Assembly: GCA_021776925.1 (NCBI GenBank)
Contig: JAJFFB010000042.1
Location: 1,961-65,960, forward strand
Direction: 5' to 3'
DNA: 64,000 bases
Source: Planctomycetota bacterium
GTDB lineage: Bacteria > Planctomycetota > UBA1135
In this document: positions 27,357-36,821 of the stretch, piece after piece
Position numbering within the stretch: position 1 is the stretch's first letter
Layout: every line of letters starts with the position of its first letter
Translations under genes and position numbers: made by a program
The notes under the pieces: generated by a model
What the model was told of the DNA's origin: nothing
The model's input: the letters and a program-made list of their open reading frames with translations, nothing else
The model's database searches: none

Positions 27357-30300
27357 CGCCCGGGCCTTCGAGGGCTTGCAGACGCGCTTCTTCGGCGGCG
27401 AATCCACCGCCGGGGGGCAGGGTGGGGTCGGCCACGATGTCGAATTCGGTGGTCTGGGTGGTGCCGCCGAATTCCAGATGCACGATGTAGGTGCCGGCCG
27501 GAACGGTGCGCTGGAAACGCCGCCGGCGTCCGCCGCCCTCGCCCTCACGCGGCGCGCGACGCAGATCCCAGCTCAGCTCGTGCAGGCCGCCGCCGCTTTC
27601 GGCGTCGAGTTCGGCCACGGTCTCGCCGCGCACGTCGGTGATCCATACGCGTGCAGCACCGGCGCCACGCCCGGCGAAGGAGTAGTAGATGTGCGCGCGG
27701 CGGTCCGGGTTCTGACCGACGAAACGGCGGGTCCCGCTGTTGCCGGCGCTGACCAGGTTGCGCCACAGCACCACGTCGTTGGGGGTGTAGAGCTTGGCGC
27801 GCTCCTTGACCACCTCGGCGTTCATCTGCCGCAAGTGGGTGACGTCGAGCACCCAGGCGCTGCGGCCGTGGGTTCCGGCGATGATCTCGCCCGACGACGG
27901 ATGGATGCGGATGTCGTGCACCGGCACCGTCGGCAGATTGTTGTTGATGCGCGTCCAGCTCGCGCCGCGGTCGATCGACGCCCAGGCGCCGAATTCGGTG
28001 CCGAGGAACAGCAGGTTGGCGTTGCTGATGTCCTCGGCGATGACGCGGGCGGAACCGGCCATGTCGGGAAGATTGGTGCGCAGGGAGCGCCAGGTGGTGC
28101 CATTGTCCTCGGAGAGCATGATCCAAGGCAGCGTGTCGTTGCTGCGGTGGCCGTCGAAGGTCACGTAGACGCGGCTGTCCTTGTGCTGCGAAGCAGCGAT
28201 CGAACTGACGTGGAAGCGCTCCGGGAGCAGGTCGCCGAGCAGCGCCCACTCATGGCCGGCACGGTCGGGATCGGGACCGCCTTGGCGTCCGCCGGGTCCA
28301 CCCGGACCTCGGCCTGGACCTCCCTGCGCGCGCGCGCCGCGCCCACCGGGTGCCGCACCTGCCGCTGCGGGTGCATCCTGGGTCGCCGCCGGCGGGGCGC
28401 TGAGCTGGGCGGTGAAGGGAATCAGCATCATGCCGGGTCCGGCGTCCATCTCGCCCTTCATGGAGCCCTTGTCGATGGTGCCGCTGAGGTCCATCGACAT
28501 CGCATCGCTGGTGAAGCTGAAGGTGAGTTTGCCGCTGTCGGCGTTGAAGCGGCCCTTGCTGATCGGGCCGTCGCCGAATTCGGTGGACAGGTCACCGCTC
28601 ACCTTGCCGTCTTCGCCGAGCTTGAGGTCGATGGTGAAGTCACCCTGGCCCTCAGGAATCTGCTCGTGGACGGCGGTGGCTTCCCACAGACCGGAGATCG
28701 GATCGTCCGCAGCTTCGGGTTCCTGCTCGGCAGCGGCCGCCGGCTCTTGTTCAGCGCTGACCGCCGGCTCTTGCTCGGTCGCCGCTTCTGGTGCAGGCTC
28801 CTGGACGTTTGCTGCAGGGGCACCGCCGCCTCTGCGGCCGCCACCCTCGCGAGGGGCACCGCCGCCACCGCCGCCGCTGAAGCGGCTCTGCATTTCGCTC
28901 AATTCCTCGCTGGTGACGTGGCCGTCGCCATCGCCATCGAGGTTGTCGAAGAAGTCGGCCATGCGCTCAGGCACCTCGCTCTTGCTGAGCTTGCCGTCGC
29001 CGTTGTCGTCGTTCTCCATCAGGCGCGAGGCAAAGTTGCCGCGTCCGCCGCCCTGGCCACCTCCGAAGCGACCGCCGCCGCCGGCCTGGCCGCCACCCCC
29101 GCGGGCGCCTCCGGCAGCCGGCCTGCCGCCGCCGCCGCGCGCGCCGGGCGCTGCGGTCGCGGTGGCAATGTCGGCATTGTCAGCCTGTGCGGGGGGGGCT
29201 TCACTTGGCATCTCGACCTCGAACAGGTCGTCCCAGGTGTGGCCGTTGTCGAGGGTGCGCCACAGAGCTCCATCGTCGGTACCCACGTAAAGGGTGTCCG
29301 AAACGCGCGGCGATTCGGCCAGCGCCGTTGCCGCACCGCGATCGGTGCGTGAGATCTCGGGCGAGATCGCGCGCAGGTTGCCACCGCGATCGAGCGAACG
29401 CAGCACCACGCTTCCGGCGCTGTAGTAGATGCGCGAGTTGTGCGCCGAAAGGATGAACGGCGTGTTCCAGTTGAAACGGTAACGCTGACCACGCGGGGCC
29501 CGCGCCCGGATGCTGCCGTAGTCGCCGTTGGCGATGTTCATGCGGTAGGTGAAGCCGTTCTGCGACTCGCCGTAGACCGTGTTCGGATCCTCGCGGTCGA
29601 CGCGGGTGACGAAGCCGTCGCCGCCGCCGATGCGGAACCACTCGCCGTTCACCGGGCCCGGGTTGATCGAAGACCGTTGCGGCCCGCCCCAGGAACCATT
29701 GTCCTGCAAACCGCCGTAGATCTTGTAGTCGCGGGTGTCGTCGGTGGTGATCTGATAGAACTGCCCGATGGCGACGTGGTTGTGGTGATCCCAGTGGTCC
29801 ATGCGGTCCCAGGTCACGTAGATGCCGCCGTCGTTGCCCAACACCATGTGGCGCCCGTCCTCGGGATCGATCCACATCGCGTGGTGGTCGACGTGCACGC
29901 TGTTGTCGTGGCCGTCCGAGGTGAAGGTCTTGCCGCCGTCACTGGAGCGGTGCAGCCGCGTGCCGAGCACGTACAGGCGCTGATCGTCGCTGGGATCCAC
30001 GTAAACGTGGCTGTAGTACATCGGCCGCGGGTTGATCGAGTTGATCCGCGTCCAGCTGTCGCCGCCGTCGTCGGAGCGGTAAACCCCGCCGTACTCATGA
30101 CCGTCCGGTCCTTGCTGCTCCTGCACGTTGGCGACCTGGCCACCGAGGCCGAGGTGATAGGGGCCAGGAGGCGGTGGGGTGTCCTTGTCAGCCTCTTCTT
30201 CTTCCGCCTCGTCACCCTCCTCCGCCTCGTCACCGCCGTTGCCGTTGGGGCGGTCTTCTTCTTCGCTCGGCTTGCGCGCAAAGGTGATTTCAGTTTCCAC

Positions 30301-31431
30301 GGTCTTGCGGTCACGCACCACCTTCATGCTCACCGTGGTGCCGGCGAGGTTGCGCCGGATCTGGTTGTTGAGATCATTCCAGGACAAGACGTCCTGGTCC
30401 TGGACCGCGAGCACGATGTCGCCGACCTGCAGTCCGGCCTCCTCCGCCGGGCTCTTCTCGGCAATCTGCGTCAGCCGCGCGCCGACGTCCGCGTTTTCAC
30501 CGTTAAGGCCGGCGTAGGCCGCGTCTTCGGGCTCCTGGGTAATGCGCTCCGATTCCACCACGGCGAAAACCACATTGGGATCGCTCTTGTAGTAGTCGAT
30601 ACCGATGCGGCCGAGGCGGCCAGCGGGCAACCCCGTGCCGAGCTGCTGCCAGTTGGCGCCGCCGTCGGTGGTCTTCCACATGCCGGAGCCATCGCCCCAC
30701 TTCTTGGCCGGGTCGTTGGTGTCGAAACCATCGCGCTGCCGTTCGTAGGTGGCGACCAGCAGCGTGTCGGGCTCGGTCGGGTGCATCTGCACCTCGATCA
30801 CCCCGGTGAACTCGTTGACGAACAGCACGCGGTTCCAGTTCTTGCCGCCGTCGGTGGTCTTGTACAGACCGCGCTCTTCGTTGGGGCCCCACAGGCGGCC
30901 GAGCACGCCGACGTAGACCACGTCCGGATTCTGCGGATGGATTTCGATCGCGCCGGTCTGGAAGCCTTCGCTGAGTCCCATGTGGGTCCAGGTCTGACCG
31001 CCGTCCTCGGACTTGTAGACGCCGTTGCCCCACGAAACCGAGTTGCGCGGGTTCTCTTCGCCGGTGCCGACCCAGACGATGTCGGGGTTGGATTTCGACA
31101 CCTCGACGTCGCCGATGCTGGACACGGCCTCCTGCTGGAACAGGTGCTCATAAGTAACCCCGAGGTTGGTGGTCTTGAGCAGGCCGCCGCTGGCGGTACC
31201 AATGAAATAGGTGCTGCGATCGCTCGGATGCGCGGCGATCGAGGTGATGCGTCCGCCCATGTTGGCGGGGCCGACGCTGCGCCAGTGCAGGGTGTCGGTC
31301 CAGTCCTTGGGCAGCGTCTGCGCGGCGGGCTCCTGGTCTGTGGCGATGGGCTGTGCTGCGCCGCGCGGGGCGAAGGTCGGCACGAAAGCCAGAGTGGCCA
31401 CAAGAAGAAGGGAGAGATTTCGGGGCTTCAT
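27328..31431 (-). CDS. Large secreted VPS10/BNR-repeat glycosyl-hydrolase-like protein with inserted PDZ, EF-hand pair and Gly-rich linkers
   Basis: WRSVGPANMGGR, repeated S/TxDGGxxW, GGLQDNGSW, GGGDG, YRFNWNTP; PDZ SPAEEAGLQVGDIV; EF loops DDNGDGKLSKSE and DGDGDGHVTSEE. Confidence 0.85.
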   Translation of the reverse strand: MKPRNLSLLLVATLAFVPTFAPRGAAQPIATDQEPAAQTLPKDWTDTLHWRSVGPANMGGRITSIAAHPSDRSTYFIGTASGGLLKTTNLGVTYEHLFQQEAVSSIGDVEVSKSNPDIVWVGTGEENPRNSVSWGNGVYKSEDGGQTWTHMGLSEGFQTGAIEIHPQNPDVVYVGVLGRLWGPNEERGLYKTTDGGKNWNRVLFVNEFTGVIEVQMHPTEPDTLLVATYERQRDGFDTNDPAKKWGDGSGMWKTTDGGANWQQLGTGLPAGRLGRIGIDYYKSDPNVVFAVVESERITQEPEDAAYAGLNGENADVGARLTQIAEKSPAEEAGLQVGDIVLAVQDQDVLSWNDLNNQIRRNLAGTTVSMKVVRDRKTVETEITFARKPSEEEDRPNGNGGDEAEEGDEAEEEEADKDTPPPPGPYHLGLGGQVANVQEQQGPDGHEYGGVYRSDDGGDSWTRINSINPRPMYYSHVYVDPSDDQRLYVLGTRLHRSSDGGKTFTSDGHDNSVHVDHHAMWIDPEDGRHMVLGNDGGIYVTWDRMDHWDHHNHVAIGQFYQITTDDTRDYKIYGGLQDNGSWGGPQRSSINPGPVNGEWFRIGGGDGFVTRVDREDPNTVYGESQNGFTYRMNIANGDYGSIRARAPRGQRYRFNWNTPFILSAHNSRIYYSAGSVVLRSLDRGGNLRAISPEISRTDRGAATALAESPRVSDTLYVGTDDGALWRTLDNGHTWDDLFEVEMPSEAPPAQADNADIATATAAPGARGGGGRPAAGGARGGGGQAGGGGRFGGGQGGGRGNFASRLMENDDNGDGKLSKSEVPERMADFFDNLDGDGDGHVTSEELSEMQSRFSGGGGGGAPREGGGRRGGGAPAANVQEPAPEAATEQEPAVSAEQEPAAAAEQEPEAADDPISGLWEATAVHEQIPEGQGDFTIDLKLGEDGKVSGDLSTEFGDGPISKGRFNADSGKLTFSFTSDAMSMDLSGTIDKGSMKGEMDAGPGMMLIPFTAQLSAPPAATQDAPAAAGAAPGGRGARAQGGPGRGPGGPGGRQGGPDPDRAGHEWALLGDLLPERFHVSSIAASQHKDSRVYVTFDGHRSNDTLPWIMLSEDNGTTWRSLRTNLPDMAGSARVIAEDISNANLLFLGTEFGAWASIDRGASWTRINNNLPTVPVHDIRIHPSSGEIIAGTHGRSAWVLDVTHLRQMNAEVVKERAKLYTPNDVVLWRNLVSAGNSGTRRFVGQNPDRRAHIYYSFAGRGAGAARVWITDVRGETVAELDAESGGGLHELSWDLRRAPREGEGGGRRRRFQRTVPAGTYIVHLEFGGTTQTTEFDIVADPTLPPGGGFAAEEARLQALEGPGDDYPDSWKD

Positions 31432-31529
31432 TGTCAGAATCCTAGGAGGGGCAAGCCGTGAAAGGATGACGGATTCAACATCCTAACCAGCCAACGCGAA
31501 TGCGGCGTGCATTCCTTGCTTATCGGCAA

Positions 31530-32480
31530 TCAGTCTGGGTCAACCCAGAAGATTGCTCCAAAGCCGAATTGGAATTGAACCAGCGAAGAGGACCTGGGTT
31601 GCGGCGGAATCTGCCACCAGCGCGCTTTATAGATGCGCGCTCCGGGCAGAGTGCGGCTCCAGCTGAGATCAGGGTTGCGCACCGTCGCCGACCACCACTC
31701 CTGTTCGGCGCGCACCAGCAGCAGCGGCCGGTCGGCGCCACTGGCGCTGAGGGACTTGATGGCGTCGCTGGAACCGCTGACCGGCAGCAACTGGAAGGAC
31801 TCTTGGTCAGGATCAAAGATCCAGGCCGCGTCGCTGGTCGAGCACAACAACTGCTGATCCGGAGTGAGGCTCAGATCATGGCCACCATCGTCGGGCAGCG
31901 CAAAACGGGCCACCTCGACCAGCGGCGCCGGATCGCCGAGTCCGCGGTAGCGGTAGGCAGCCAGCTGACTGCCGCCAATGGCCCACAGGCGTTCGCGCGG
32001 TCCATCCCACACCACTCCGTGGGCGTCCGGGAAAGCAATTTCCTGAACTGGCGCGGTGCGGCTCTCGAAAAGGAAGACCTTGAGGAAGCCGCCCGTGGAG
32101 GAAGCGGTGACCACACCGCGGTCGGGCAGCAAATCCGCCGAGTGTGGATTGCCCCCGACGAAGGCGTGAAAAACGGCCGCCTTGTCCTTGAGCCGGATCA
32201 GGGCGACGCCGCCGCCGCTGGCGGTGGCGAGCACGAAGTCGGCGTTGAGCACCGGCTTGGCCTCGTCCGGATGCTGGAACCAGGCCCGCTCCTCCTCCAG
32301 GATCTCGGCCGAATCTGCGGCGCGCCATTCCCATTCGACCGCCTCGGCGTCGCTCCATTGCGGGTCGGCGTTCATCAGCAGCAGGCGGTGCTCAGCCTGT
32401 TCGCACAGGATGATCCGGTGGGTGGAGCAGGCCACCAGCAAAGGCAGCAGCCCAAGTAGGAGCAGGCGTGACCGACTCAT
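31530..32480 (-). CDS. Beta-propeller lipoprotein (DUF6528-like)
   Basis: Lipobox LLVAC; GGNPHSADLLPD, DAHGVVWD, GGHDL and IYKARW motifs. Confidence 0.65.
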   Translation of the reverse strand: MSRSRLLLLGLLPLLVACSTHRIILCEQAEHRLLLMNADPQWSDAEAVEWEWRAADSAEILEEERAWFQHPDEAKPVLNADFVLATASGGGVALIRLKDKAAVFHAFVGGNPHSADLLPDRGVVTASSTGGFLKVFLFESRTAPVQEIAFPDAHGVVWDGPRERLWAIGGSQLAAYRYRGLGDPAPLVEVARFALPDDGGHDLSLTPDQQLLCSTSDAAWIFDPDQESFQLLPVSGSSDAIKSLSASGADRPLLLVRAEQEWWSATVRNPDLSWSRTLPGARIYKARWWQIPPQPRSSSLVQFQFGFGAIFWVDPD

Positions 32481-32594
32481 ATCCCGATCCTAATGGGATC
32501 CGGCGACCAGGGTGCCGGGCAATCCCGCCAGGACCCGCTGCGCCTCCGTCTTGGAAAAAACTACCGAGGTAGTTATTCTGGGCGGACCATTCCA

Positions 32595-33581
32595 ATGAAA
32601 ACGACCGCACTTCTGTCCTTCGTGATTTCGCTCCCGCTGGCCACGGCCACCTCCGCCCGCGCCCAGGAAGTCGAGGGGCCGACCTCGCAGGCCGCCCCGC
32701 CGCAGGCCGCCGAGGCGCAAATCGAAAAATCCATGGAAGATCCACAGGCGCTTGCCAACAGCGAAGCCGCCGATCAGTGGTTCACGCGCATGCGCAAGGC
32801 GGTGGCCCTGGCGCCCTTGAGTTTCGATTTCATTGCCAGCGTCGACGTCCCGATCATGATGGGCATGGGCGGCGAGCCGTCCACTGCCAAGTTCAACCGG
32901 CACGGCAAGGTGGTGCGCAGCCCGGAGTGGGGGACCTTGACGGTTTCCAGTCGCGGCATCGATCTGCCCGACATGCCGATGGAGATTCCCGAGCAGAAAA
33001 TCCGGGTGCTGCACAAGGGCGACCATTATCTGTGCGATATCGGCAAGAGCGCCATGGCCATGCCCGGTCAGCCGGTCGGCCTGTTCCAGATCAGCAACGA
33101 CGAGGCGCAAAAGCTGAATCAGGAAACCCACGGGTCCGCGACGATGGACATGATCATGGGCGACCTGCCCCTGGTCGCCGATCCGATCCGTGGCCTGGAA
33201 GGTTTGATCACGCGCACCGCCTTTGAGCTGGTCAGCGCCACCGACCAAGAAGTGATCCTCAAGGGCAAAGCAGGCCCCGGACTGTCGATGCCCAGCATGG
33301 AAGAAGGCGCCGAAACGCCGCAAGGCGAATTGGTGCTGCACCTCGATGCGCGCTCCGGCCTGCCGCGTATGCTGGCCCTCGTTTCTGGAGAAAAGCAGGA
33401 ATTCAGCGTCAAATTCAGCAATTGGGAGCGGCCGAAGGAACTGGATGCCAAGGCCTTCGAGCTCAATCCTTCCGCCCAGAAGCCGGGTGATCTTGCCGCC
33501 GCGCTGCGCACCCAGCGCGAGAAGATTTTGGAGAATTCCGCCTTCGTCCCCGGAGGCGCCGACGACGACTACGAGTTCTAG
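32595..33581 (+). CDS. Secreted hypothetical protein, possibly LolA/LppX-like fold
   Basis: Signal peptide (ARA|QE), Met-rich, C-terminal LHLDARSGLPRML...VKFSNW...FELNP pattern. Confidence 0.5.
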   Translation: MKTTALLSFVISLPLATATSARAQEVEGPTSQAAPPQAAEAQIEKSMEDPQALANSEAADQWFTRMRKAVALAPLSFDFIASVDVPIMMGMGGEPSTAKFNRHGKVVRSPEWGTLTVSSRGIDLPDMPMEIPEQKIRVLHKGDHYLCDIGKSAMAMPGQPVGLFQISNDEAQKLNQETHGSATMDMIMGDLPLVADPIRGLEGLITRTAFELVSATDQEVILKGKAGPGLSMPSMEEGAETPQGELVLHLDARSGLPRMLALVSGEKQEFSVKFSNWERPKELDAKAFELNPSAQKPGDLAAALRTQREKILENSAFVPGGADDDYEF

Positions 33582-33648
33582 AGCCGCTGCGGTCCTGAGC
33601 TCCCAGCGCCGTTTCTGCGCGGCTGGACCGCTGTGCCAGACTGGGTCC

Positions 33649-35052
33649 ATGCTCTGCGCGCTGTTCCTGCTGCTGCCCCTCCCGCTCAGGCAGGAGGAAG
33701 CCAGCCAGCAACCCAGTCCGCCGCCGCCACAGGAAGCAAGCCTGCAGACGCCGCAGGAAGCCGCTGCCGAGGCCCTGGTCGAGTTGGTTGATCTGGCCGA
33801 TCCTGCGTTGCGGCGCAAGGCGGCCTCGGAACTGGCCAAGCGCAAGCACATCGAACTGCAGCATTGGCTGCAGGCGGCGTCGGCCTTTGGTGCTTTCGAA
33901 GCCACCGCCCCGGGCTACGGCAGCGCGCAGGTCGATCTGTGGGTCGGGGATGGCATCGAAGCCACCCACCTGCACTGGTACGTGCCCACTTCCTACAAAC
34001 CCCTGCGTGCCAGTGGAGTGATCGTCGCCGCGCACGGCGCCGGCGGCGATGGTTCGTCGATGGTCCGCCTGTGGCGCGAGGTCGCCGAGTCGCTGGGCCT
34101 GCTGGTCCTGGCCCCGACCGAGGCCGGTGCCAACGCCGGCTATGCCTTCAGCGAACGCGAGCGCCTGTCGCTGCTGGCCGCATTGCGCTGGTTCCGGCGC
34201 AACTTCAACGTTGACGAGAACCGCATCCACCTGACCGGAATCAGCCGCGGCGGGCATCTGTGCTGGGACCTCGCCAGCCGCCATCCGGGCGTGTGGGCGA
34301 GCGTCGTGCCGATGATCGGCGGTCCGGCCTTTTTGCCGGGTGAGCGCAACAATCTGCGCTTGGTCGAGAACCTCGCTCATCTGCCGCTGCGTCAATTGCA
34401 GGGCATGCGCGACGATCCGCGGCTGATCCGGAACTTGCGCGTCGCCTTCGACAAGCTGGCCCTGGCTTCGGCCGCCAACGCGCGGATGATCGAGTTTGCG
34501 GAACTCGGTCACGATTTCCGCCTGCAAGAGGTCGACTGGGCGGCCTTTTTCGGCGAGGCGCGGCGTCAACCGCTGGGCAAGAGCTTCCAGGTGCGCAGCG
34601 CGCGCAAGGGCGAAGGCGCGGCCTACTGGGTGGCGATCGATCGCCTGAGTTCTGCGGTCAAGGAGGAACACCGCCCGCGCGTCGATGCCAAGGAATGGAA
34701 CGCGCTCGACGAAGAAGGCCAGATGCGCTTGTGGCAGGCGGGACTCGACCAGCACACCGCGATGGTCGACGCGCATTTCCTGCAGGAGGGCCAGATCGAG
34801 CTGCGCCAGCGCGGGGTCAAGCGGCTGCGCATCCTCCTGCCGCAGTCGATGCTCGGCGAGAAGAACCAGATGGAGGCACTGCTGGTCGATCTGGAGAAAC
34901 GCGCCGATCTGCGCGCCAAAGGACGCGATATCAGCAAGGCCGAAAAGCGTTCGCGCAAAAAGTTGGCGCCCAAGTCCGCTGTGCTGCTGTCCTATTTCGC
35001 CGAGCATTTCGATCGCAGCTTTCTGCCGGTGGCGGAGTGGGTGCTCAAATGA
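33649..35052 (+). CDS. Secreted alpha/beta-hydrolase (esterase/PHB depolymerase-like)
   Basis: YVPTSY, AHGAGG, VDENRIHLTGISRGG, QGMRD, ELGH. Confidence 0.8.
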   Translation: MLCALFLLLPLPLRQEEASQQPSPPPPQEASLQTPQEAAAEALVELVDLADPALRRKAASELAKRKHIELQHWLQAASAFGAFEATAPGYGSAQVDLWVGDGIEATHLHWYVPTSYKPLRASGVIVAAHGAGGDGSSMVRLWREVAESLGLLVLAPTEAGANAGYAFSERERLSLLAALRWFRRNFNVDENRIHLTGISRGGHLCWDLASRHPGVWASVVPMIGGPAFLPGERNNLRLVENLAHLPLRQLQGMRDDPRLIRNLRVAFDKLALASAANARMIEFAELGHDFRLQEVDWAAFFGEARRQPLGKSFQVRSARKGEGAAYWVAIDRLSSAVKEEHRPRVDAKEWNALDEEGQMRLWQAGLDQHTAMVDAHFLQEGQIELRQRGVKRLRILLPQSMLGEKNQMEALLVDLEKRADLRAKGRDISKAEKRSRKKLAPKSAVLLSYFAEHFDRSFLPVAEWVLK

Positions 35053-36812
35053 GCACCCACTCTCAGGCTGGGCGGCGAGCCCACAACATCGACCGGGGTG
35101 GGCGGCGCTGGGCGGTGGTCGGCTTGTGCGCCGCCTTCGCAGCTGCGCCGCTTGCCGCCCAACAGGCCAAGGGCTGGAAAGGTTTGCAGCGGGATCTCGG
35201 AGCCTTCCGTCAGGTGCGCTTCGAGGTCGAGGGCGCCACTGCCCGCGTGGCATTACCGCGCCATCCAGTGGCAGGTCACCCATGGGTGTGGCGCTTCGGG
35301 CCGCTGGCGGCGGACCCGGTGCTGGATCAGCGCCTCCTTGCACGCGGCTTCTACGTTGTCCATCTGACCCGCCCCGCTGCGCCGCATCCGCCTGGCGGCG
35401 CCAACGACGACCCGCCCAAACCATCGAGCACTGAGCTTGCTCATGCGGCCGAAGAGGCCTTGTTCGATTACCTCTCTGCCGACCAGGGTCTGGGCGCGCG
35501 CGTACACCTGATCGTCGCCAGCGACTGGAAGGACCAGGCCGCCGCCTTTGTGGCTCGCGATCCGCAGCGCGTCGCCGCAGTGATCGCCGCAGCGGCGTGG
35601 CCGTGGCTGCCGCCGGGGCGGGCTTATCTGCTCCGCCCCGAGGCCGACCGGCTCGATCAGATCGCCTTCCTCAAGCGTCATGCGGCCCCCGGCGAGCTGC
35701 AACAGGATTGGCACTGGCTGCGCGCCGGTCTGGCCAACAGCAAGCTGTTGCTGGAAAAGGAACGGCGCCTGCGGATTGCCTTCCTCGGCGGCTCGATCAC
35801 CTACAACCCAGGTTGGAAGGAAATGGTCGTCGCCAGCCTGCAAGCGCAGCATCCGCAGGCCACTCTGGAAGTGGTGGCGGCGGGCATTCCTTCGGTCGAT
35901 TCCAGCGGCCACGCCTTCCGCCTCGAGCGCGACGTTTTCCTGCACGGCCCGGTGGACCTGCTGGTGGTCGAAGCAGCGGTCAACGACGCCACCAATGGGC
36001 GCGACGCGCGTGAGCAGCTGCGCGCCATGGAAGGAACCGTGCGCGCCGCGCGGCGCATCAACCCGGCGCTTGACGTGGTCTTCCTGCATTTCGCCACGCC
36101 TGCCTTTTTGAACAGCCAGCGCCAGGGCCTCACCCCCGAGGTCGTCCGCGTTCACGAACGGGTGGCCGATCACTACGCTCTGCCGTCGATCGACCTGGCC
36201 CGCGAGGTCGGCGACCGCATCGATCGCGGTGAATTCCGCTGGAAGGAAGACTTCGTCGACCTGCACCCTTCCCCCTTCGGCCAACGGCTGTACGCCGAGG
36301 CGCTGCTGCGCCTGCTGCAAGACGCGTGGCGGGCGGCCGCGCCGGGCACCAAACTGGTGGGGCATCCCATGCCGGCGATGCTGGACCGCTTTAGCTATGA
36401 CGGTGGTCAGCTTCTCGACGTCGAAAACCACGGCATCGCCGTCGGCTGGTGGATCGACGAATCCTGGCGTCCGCGCGACGGCGCCGGAGTACGCCGTGGC
36501 TTCGTCGACGTGCCCATGCTGGTCACCGATGAGAAAAACGCCCCGGTGCTGCTCCATTTCGAGGGGCGCGGCGTCGGCATCTGGGCGGTGGTCGGGCCCG
36601 ACGTCGGCGTCCTCGAGTACAGCATCGATTTTGGTCCCTTCCGCACCCTTGACCTGCGCACGCGCTGGAGCGCCGGCCTGCATCTGCCGTGGGTCTACCT
36701 GCTGGCCACCGATCTCGAAGCGGGCGATCATCGCCTGGAGATGCACCTCAGTGAATCGACTCCGGCCGATCGCGGTTGGCTGCGCATCGCCTGGTTCCTG
36801 GTCAATCGCTAA
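35049..36812 (+). CDS. SGNH/GDSL hydrolase with a degenerate N-terminal hydrolase-like segment and C-terminal beta domain
   Basis: IAFLGGSIT, EAAVND and DLHP blocks; ATGA overlap with the upstream gene. Confidence 0.82.
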   Translation: MSTHSQAGRRAHNIDRGGRRWAVVGLCAAFAAAPLAAQQAKGWKGLQRDLGAFRQVRFEVEGATARVALPRHPVAGHPWVWRFGPLAADPVLDQRLLARGFYVVHLTRPAAPHPPGGANDDPPKPSSTELAHAAEEALFDYLSADQGLGARVHLIVASDWKDQAAAFVARDPQRVAAVIAAAAWPWLPPGRAYLLRPEADRLDQIAFLKRHAAPGELQQDWHWLRAGLANSKLLLEKERRLRIAFLGGSITYNPGWKEMVVASLQAQHPQATLEVVAAGIPSVDSSGHAFRLERDVFLHGPVDLLVVEAAVNDATNGRDAREQLRAMEGTVRAARRINPALDVVFLHFATPAFLNSQRQGLTPEVVRVHERVADHYALPSIDLAREVGDRIDRGEFRWKEDFVDLHPSPFGQRLYAEALLRLLQDAWRAAAPGTKLVGHPMPAMLDRFSYDGGQLLDVENHGIAVGWWIDESWRPRDGAGVRRGFVDVPMLVTDEKNAPVLLHFEGRGVGIWAVVGPDVGVLEYSIDFGPFRTLDLRTRWSAGLHLPWVYLLATDLEAGDHRLEMHLSESTPADRGWLRIAWFLVNR

Positions 36813-36821
36813 GCTGAGGCG

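Noticed and set aside
27037-31461. Long plus-strand ORFs (771 aa, 673 aa), and similar antisense ORFs such as 42622..44988 and 33463..35424
   Set aside because: Antisense shadows of strongly supported genes, expected in high-GC DNA; no recognisable motifs.
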